Of a stretch of 64,000 nt of DNA, positions 58,783 through 64,000 are shown piece by piece. Below the pieces are notes generated by a model. The model did not search any database and was not told the DNA's origin. It worked only from the letters and a program-made list of their open reading frames with translations. The stretch is from Spirochaetota bacterium. GTDB taxonomy: Bacteria; Spirochaetota; UBA6919; CBDBPB01. The DNA is taken from assembly GCA_965208615.1 (NCBI GenBank), contig CBDBPB010000007.1, forward strand, positions 32,001 through 96,000. The letters are read 5' to 3'. How positions within the stretch are numbered: the stretch's first letter is position 1; each line of letters opens with the position of its first letter. Made by a program: the position numbers and the translations under genes.

Positions 58783-59451
58783 ATGAAAAAGATATTTATT
58801 ACTGGTGGAACAGGATATGTTGGGCGTAAAATAGTTAAACTATTATTGGATAAAGGATATAGAGTAACATGTCTTGTAAGAATGGGTTCTGAGAATAAGA
58901 TTAATATTTATTCAAAGGTAAACATAGTTTTTGGTGATGCCTTGGATATAGGTTCCATAGACCTTAGTGGTCATGATGTTGTTATACATTTGGTTGCAAT
59001 TATAAAAGAGGTTAAAAGCGAGGATATTACCTTTGAAAGGCTTAACTTTCATACTGCAAAAAATATGATTGATAAATCAATAAGTCAGGGTATTAATAGG
59101 TTTTTATTTATGAGTGCGGCTGGTTATGTTCCAGGCATAGGAAAGGGATATTTTAAATATAAGCTTATGGCAGAGGATTATTTAAAACAATCCGGCTTAA
59201 AATGGACTATTTTTAGACCATCACTTATATATGATAAAAGTATAGTGGGTAAGAGTATGGGCTGGGTTAGGATGATGAAGCCACTTTTTAATCTTGGCTC
59301 ACACTTAAACTTAGCTAAAAACTTTATTGAAACTTGGGAGCCTATATCAAAAAATGAGATTGCAAAAGCCTATATTAAAGCAATTGAAGATGATTTTTAT
59401 ATTAATAAAACTCTTAATACCAGTGAGTTGATTAGCATAAGCAAACATTAA
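58783..59451 (+). CDS. NAD(P)-binding SDR/epimerase-family protein (NDUFA9-like)
   Basis: TGGTGYVG, YxxxK (YFKYK) and WTIFRPS motifs. Confidence 0.85.
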   Translation: MKKIFITGGTGYVGRKIVKLLLDKGYRVTCLVRMGSENKINIYSKVNIVFGDALDIGSIDLSGHDVVIHLVAIIKEVKSEDITFERLNFHTAKNMIDKSISQGINRFLFMSAAGYVPGIGKGYFKYKLMAEDYLKQSGLKWTIFRPSLIYDKSIVGKSMGWVRMMKPLFNLGSHLNLAKNFIETWEPISKNEIAKAYIKAIEDDFYINKTLNTSELISISKH

Positions 59452-59599
59452 AATGGCTCTATTATTTAATATCTTTAACTTTACTATGTTATAAAATTGT
59501 TTATTTTTTTTAATATAGCAGGTACTAGTATTAAGCCAAATTAATAACAATCAAAAACGATTTGGAGTAGGATAAGTTAATTTATAGAACAAGGATTTT

Positions 59600-60589
59600 A
59601 TGATAAGAGAAGCTTTATATTATGATAAATCTAGGGATAATAAGATAAAATGCTATTTATGTCCTTTTCAGTGTAGGATTAAAGAGGGTGAGGTTGCTAT
59701 GTGCATGGGTAGAAAGAACATAGGGGGTGTTCTGTATGCAGTAAATTACGGTAAGACAACTTCTATGGCAGTGGATCCTATTGAAAAAAAGCCTCTATTT
59801 CATTTTTATCCCGCTAATAAGATATTATCTATATCGGCTAACAGTTGTAATTTAAAATGTTCATTTTGTCAGAATTTTAGTATTTCTCAGGAACAATCCT
59901 CTACCAGAGATATTACCCCAGAACAAATACTAGATTGTGCCACTATTAGTAATTCTATAGGGGTAGCATATACCTATAGTGAACCTCTTATGTGGTATGA
60001 GTTTGTTTTGGATACTGCAAAGCTTACTCAAAAAGCAGGATTAAAAAATGTTTTAGTAACCAATGGTACTATTAATCAAAAACCATTAAGACAACTAATC
60101 CCTTATATTGATGCTGTTAATGTTGATCTTAAAAGTATTAATGATAAGTTTTATAGAAAGGTATGCAAGGGACTATTGAAGCCAGTTTTAGATTCTATTA
60201 TATTAATTAATGATAGCAATATTATGTTAGAGATTACTAATTTGATTATTCCCACTTTAAACGACTCCGATGAGGATATATCCGGACTTATTGACTGGAT
60301 AGCCGATTTAAACCCTAAAATACCTCTTCATTTTTCTGCCTATCATCCATGTTATATGTTAGACCTACCTCCTACTCCTTATTATATTTTAAAGGAGGCT
60401 TATGAAAAGGCTTCTGAGAAACTTGAATATGTATATTTGGGTAATGTTAGTACTAGAGGTACTACTGATAGTTATTGTCCAGGTTGTAAAAAAACAATTA
60501 TAAAAAGAGATGGTTATACTACTAAGGTTGTTGGGTTAGATAAAGACAGATGCTTATTTTGTAAAGAGAAGATTAATATTAGGTTATAG
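59600..60589 (+). CDS. amrS: AmmeMemoRadiSam system radical SAM enzyme
   Basis: CYLCP.QC, DPIEKKPLFHFYP, CNLKCSFCQN and YVYLGNV motifs. Confidence 0.9.
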   Translation: MIREALYYDKSRDNKIKCYLCPFQCRIKEGEVAMCMGRKNIGGVLYAVNYGKTTSMAVDPIEKKPLFHFYPANKILSISANSCNLKCSFCQNFSISQEQSSTRDITPEQILDCATISNSIGVAYTYSEPLMWYEFVLDTAKLTQKAGLKNVLVTNGTINQKPLRQLIPYIDAVNVDLKSINDKFYRKVCKGLLKPVLDSIILINDSNIMLEITNLIIPTLNDSDEDISGLIDWIADLNPKIPLHFSAYHPCYMLDLPPTPYYILKEAYEKASEKLEYVYLGNVSTRGTTDSYCPGCKKTIIKRDGYTTKVVGLDKDRCLFCKEKINIRL

Positions 60590-60621
60590 TAATTTTAGGT
60601 TTATAATTTTTGGGGTAATAT

Positions 60622-61761
60622 ATGCCAAAACCTGATAGCAATAGGGAATTTACTAATGTTACTGATAAAGAACAGCTAATTTATTTAGTTGATCATTATC
60701 TAGTTGGTAGAAATATATATGTTAAGGGTCTTTCTAAGGAGTTTTTAGCTGATTTAAAGACCTTATTCCCAGAACCCTCTATTAGATTATTCTTTTTTAA
60801 AGGTCTTCCTAGCGACTACTCTGTTATTGATAAGATAACAATTTATGCAGTTGTAAAGCGGTATATAGAATTAACTGTTAAGAAAATATATTTTGAAAAA
60901 AATAAAGGAGATTTTGAACTAATTAGTGCTAAGATTGCTCATAATAATAGGCTGGATCAAAGAATACCTGTTAGTGGTGAGGAGTTTTATGCCGAAAACT
61001 TTAGGCTTAGTCAATATTCTTTAAATCCTAATACTATGGATATTCCTATTTCTGTAAAGGTTGCATTTGATAAGATAAAGCCTTCACTTTTAAAAGATAT
61101 ACCAGAATGTGAAAGTCATATTTTTGGTGAAGAAAAAGAAGAAAAGTTGATCGAGGCAACTAAAAAGACTCAAAAGGTTGTTTATATAGAAAATGTTTAC
61201 GATAAAAATAGTTTTTTGCTTGAAGAAGAAGGCTTTTTAAATTGTAAGAAACACTTTGGTGATACTCTGGATAAAGAAATTAGTGATTTGATAGCAAATA
61301 ATATAAATTCATTACTTATTTATCCCGTTATTTTTGTTAACATTAAGGGTGAAGGAGTACCAGTTGGCTATTTTAAAATTACATCTAGTGAGCCTAATGT
61401 TAATAGAAGTATTATATCTCGTTTATATCTTTCTGCTATCGATATAGTTAACTATATCCGTGATGCTAATGTTACAATCATAAAAGAGAAGCAAGAGGTA
61501 ATGAATGTCTCAAGAAAAGGTGTACAGTTATTAATTAAGGACTTGAATACTTTAGATATCTTTATTGCCAATCGTGAAGATATAGTTTTTGATATAAGGC
61601 CAAAGCCTACTTTTAGATTAACTTTATTTGGTAAGATGGTTAATGTAATTAAAACTCCTAATAATAATCACTTAATTGGATTAAAAATAATAGGTGGTGA
61701 AAAGCGCCATGGTATGGGAGCATGGGAAAGTTTTCTTTCCAGGTTTTTAGCTAGTATATAA
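60622..61761 (+). CDS. DUF1577-like protein with PilZ-like motifs
   Basis: RLDQR (RxxxR) and NVSRKG motifs. Resembles spirochaete DUF1577 proteins (tentative). Confidence 0.6.
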   Translation: MPKPDSNREFTNVTDKEQLIYLVDHYLVGRNIYVKGLSKEFLADLKTLFPEPSIRLFFFKGLPSDYSVIDKITIYAVVKRYIELTVKKIYFEKNKGDFELISAKIAHNNRLDQRIPVSGEEFYAENFRLSQYSLNPNTMDIPISVKVAFDKIKPSLLKDIPECESHIFGEEKEEKLIEATKKTQKVVYIENVYDKNSFLLEEEGFLNCKKHFGDTLDKEISDLIANNINSLLIYPVIFVNIKGEGVPVGYFKITSSEPNVNRSIISRLYLSAIDIVNYIRDANVTIIKEKQEVMNVSRKGVQLLIKDLNTLDIFIANREDIVFDIRPKPTFRLTLFGKMVNVIKTPNNNHLIGLKIIGGEKRHGMGAWESFLSRFLASI

Positions 61762-61920
61762 ATAGTTAAGCTTTTTAACTAATCTATTTTTAATATGTAA
61801 GTATTGTTTTTTTATTAAAATTAGCATAAATAGATATAATCTTACTTGCCTGACTCCTTTTTTATATTAGTTTTTAATAGTATAATTTTTAATGGTTAGC
61901 TAATAAAAATATAAGTTGTT

Positions 61921-62475
61921 ATGTTAAATAATATTATTGCTGTAGTAGGGCTTTGTGGTTCTGGAAAATCTGTTGTTTGTGGCTATCTCAAAGAAAAAGG
62001 CTATTATACAATTCATTTTGGCGGCTTGACAATGGATGAGCTTAAACGTTTAAATCTACCGGTTAATGAGAGTAATGAACGATTTGTTAGAGAGAAAATT
62101 AGAAAAGAACATGGCATGAATGCCTATGCTATACTGTCTTTAAGTAAGATAGAGTCTGCTATTAGCTGTGGTGATAAGGTTTTGATTGATGGATTATACA
62201 GTTTTTCTGAATATAAAATCTTAAAAAAGAATTATGGGGATAATTTAGTTTTATTGGCAATATTTACTCCTAAAAGCTTGAGGTATAGTCGCCTGGCAAG
62301 CAGAACTATAAGGCCTATTAAGAAAGAGGATGCACAAAAACGTGATTATGCAGAAATAGAGAATATTGAAAAAGGCGGACCTATATCCATTGCTGACTAT
62401 ACTATTATCAATGATAAGTCCATAAATGACTTAAAAAGTAAAGTTGACCTTTTGTTGAACCAGGGACTTATATAA
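61921..62475 (+). CDS. P-loop kinase, dephospho-CoA kinase/UPF0200-like
   Basis: VGLCGSGKS, IDGLYS..EY, RD..EIE and IADYTI.N motifs. Confidence 0.8.
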   Translation: MLNNIIAVVGLCGSGKSVVCGYLKEKGYYTIHFGGLTMDELKRLNLPVNESNERFVREKIRKEHGMNAYAILSLSKIESAISCGDKVLIDGLYSFSEYKILKKNYGDNLVLLAIFTPKSLRYSRLASRTIRPIKKEDAQKRDYAEIENIEKGGPISIADYTIINDKSINDLKSKVDLLLNQGLI

Positions 62476-62589
62476 AAAAAGTGGTTTAAATATTATAGAA
62501 AGGCTATTCTATCTTTTTAGTATTATATACTAATTAATTTTTGTATATTTATTAGATATAGTTATAATAAATATATACTACTATATGTT

Positions 62590-63438
62590 ATGGATATAGT
62601 TATGAAAAAAGCTTTCATAGATAGTAACAAGCCCATTAACCATAATAATAAAAATAGTAACTCTTATGACCTAGAGGGTAATAGGAAGTTAGGCGAAGAG
62701 TGGATAAACTGGGATGGACGTATAACAGATAATAGTATTATTTATGATTCAAGAAAGAGTATTTTTCTTATTTTTGCATTTGTGGTAATTATTATGTTTA
62801 ACCTAGCTATGTATGCTGGCTATTATTTAGTTATCCCTAGGCTTGAAGAGTTTAACGTATACTTTCCCTCTATTCTATTGTTTTTTTTGATATTGATTAC
62901 TATCTATTTATTGTTTTGGTATATTATTATACTTATTACCTCCTATACTAGCATTAAGCTTTCTTATTTGGATAAGGGTAATCGTTTGTTAATAGGTTTT
63001 CTGTTGGATATGGTTTTTAAGTTAGGAGGCCTAATAGGCTATTCTAGGGATAAATTAGGTAATTCTTTTATAAAGGTATCCAATAATTTTATTAGGAGTA
63101 CTAAAAAGCTTGGTTTAAAAGAGCGGATATTACTACTCTTACCCAGATGTTTGACTAAAAACTCATATAAAGAGATTAAACAGATTAGCAAAGAGTTTGC
63201 TATTGAGATGGCTGTATGTACTGGTGGAGAGGTCGCTAGACTCAAAATTAAAAAATATAAGCCTAGTGCTGTTATTGGTGTTGCCTGCGAGAGGGATTTA
63301 GTTAGTGGTATTAGGGATGTTAGTGGAAAGATTGCTGTTCTTGGTATACCTAACATACGTCCAGAAGGTCCTTGTAGGAATACTTATATTAATTTTGATC
63401 TTTTAAGGACATGTATAAAGTTTTATTTGGGTCAATAG
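62590..63438 (+). CDS. DUF116 domain protein
   Basis: LLLPRCL, TGG..AR, GVACERDL.SGI and RPEGPC motifs. Confidence 0.88.
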   Translation: MDIVMKKAFIDSNKPINHNNKNSNSYDLEGNRKLGEEWINWDGRITDNSIIYDSRKSIFLIFAFVVIIMFNLAMYAGYYLVIPRLEEFNVYFPSILLFFLILITIYLLFWYIIILITSYTSIKLSYLDKGNRLLIGFLLDMVFKLGGLIGYSRDKLGNSFIKVSNNFIRSTKKLGLKERILLLLPRCLTKNSYKEIKQISKEFAIEMAVCTGGEVARLKIKKYKPSAVIGVACERDLVSGIRDVSGKIAVLGIPNIRPEGPCRNTYINFDLLRTCIKFYLGQ

Positions 63439-63461
63439 TTTTGGTTTAATAGGGGCAGAAA

Positions 63462-64000
63462 TTGATTAAGCAGGTATTATATGAAAAGGGCTTACTTGTT
63501 GAACAGTATATAGATAATCACTTACCAAAAGAGACTGAAAAGCCAAGTATTATTTTTAAGGCAATGAGATATAGTATTTTTGCTGGGGGTAAGAGAATTA
63601 GACCTATACTTAGTTTATTGGTTAATGATATGATTGGCGGTGATGAGTATAAATTACTTCCTTGTGCATGTGCTATTGAGCTTATACATACATATTCACT
63701 TATTCATGATGATTTACCTTCTATTGATAATGATGACTATAGACGGGGAAAGTTTACTTGTCATAAGCGCTTTGGGGAGGCTACTGCTGTTTTAGCAGGT
63801 GATGCACTTTTAACATTAGCTTTTCAGTGGATTAGTTTTACTGATCAGCGTCCTAAGGTTATTGTTGACATTATTAGAGAGTTAGCTGTGGCATCTGGTA
63901 TTAGGGGAATGATAGCTGGTCAGGTTGCTGATTTAGAAGCAGAGGGCTTATTAAAAAAAAACTCTTTGGATAAGCCTAATATTGAAGAGGAACTTAAATA
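63462..64000 (+). CDS. ispA: Polyprenyl (geranyl/farnesyl) diphosphate synthase, 5' partial
   Basis: AMRYS..AGGKRIRP, ELIHTYSLIHDDLP..DNDDYRRGK and GM..GQ..DL motifs. Runs off the end of the window. Confidence 0.92.
   Translation, partial: MIKQVLYEKGLLVEQYIDNHLPKETEKPSIIFKAMRYSIFAGGKRIRPILSLLVNDMIGGDEYKLLPCACAIELIHTYSLIHDDLPSIDNDDYRRGKFTCHKRFGEATAVLAGDALLTLAFQWISFTDQRPKVIVDIIRELAVASGIRGMIAGQVADLEAEGLLKKNSLDKPNIEEELK

Noticed and set aside
3683-63356. Many 60-126-aa antisense or overlapping ORFs in the track (e.g. 5788, 12553, 29422, 47214, 57135, 63039)
   Set aside because: They lie within or opposite well-supported genes and have no recognisable motifs.

Overview
AT-rich bacterial chromosomal segment, probably from an uncultured spirochaete (inferred from Leptospira-type LRR, DUF1577-like, CheX/CheD/FliN and spirochaete-style lipoprotein signals). 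Most of it is housekeeping: lgt, sucCD, gcvPA, grpE-dnaK-dnaJ, dut, ispG, ftsK-lolA-rodZ-rimO-pgsA-pgpA, pgm, recQ, prpC/prpE, cysS, ispA. Four things stand out. (1) At 1-3.5 kb, a tandem array of at least three paralogous Cys-rich proteins built from a repeated six-Cys domain (the two complete ones are lipoproteins). The last unit is a duplication that also copied tRNA-Leu(GAG), now with four C>T changes, and the 3' end of lgt. The two complete paralogs carry different low-complexity linkers, (T/N)GGGGSG x16 versus EEDNNK. (2) A 1040-aa VKOR protein fused to four tandem 213-aa DsbA-like domains. (3) A decayed dispersed element with terminal inverted repeats, in three intergenic copies at about 8.4, 14.8 and 50.4 kb. 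(4) Two neighbouring genes each broken by a +1 frameshift that can be placed in an 8-nt homopolymer. No CRISPR array, rRNA, intact transposase or integrase was seen. All product calls come from motif recognition by eye, not database searches.
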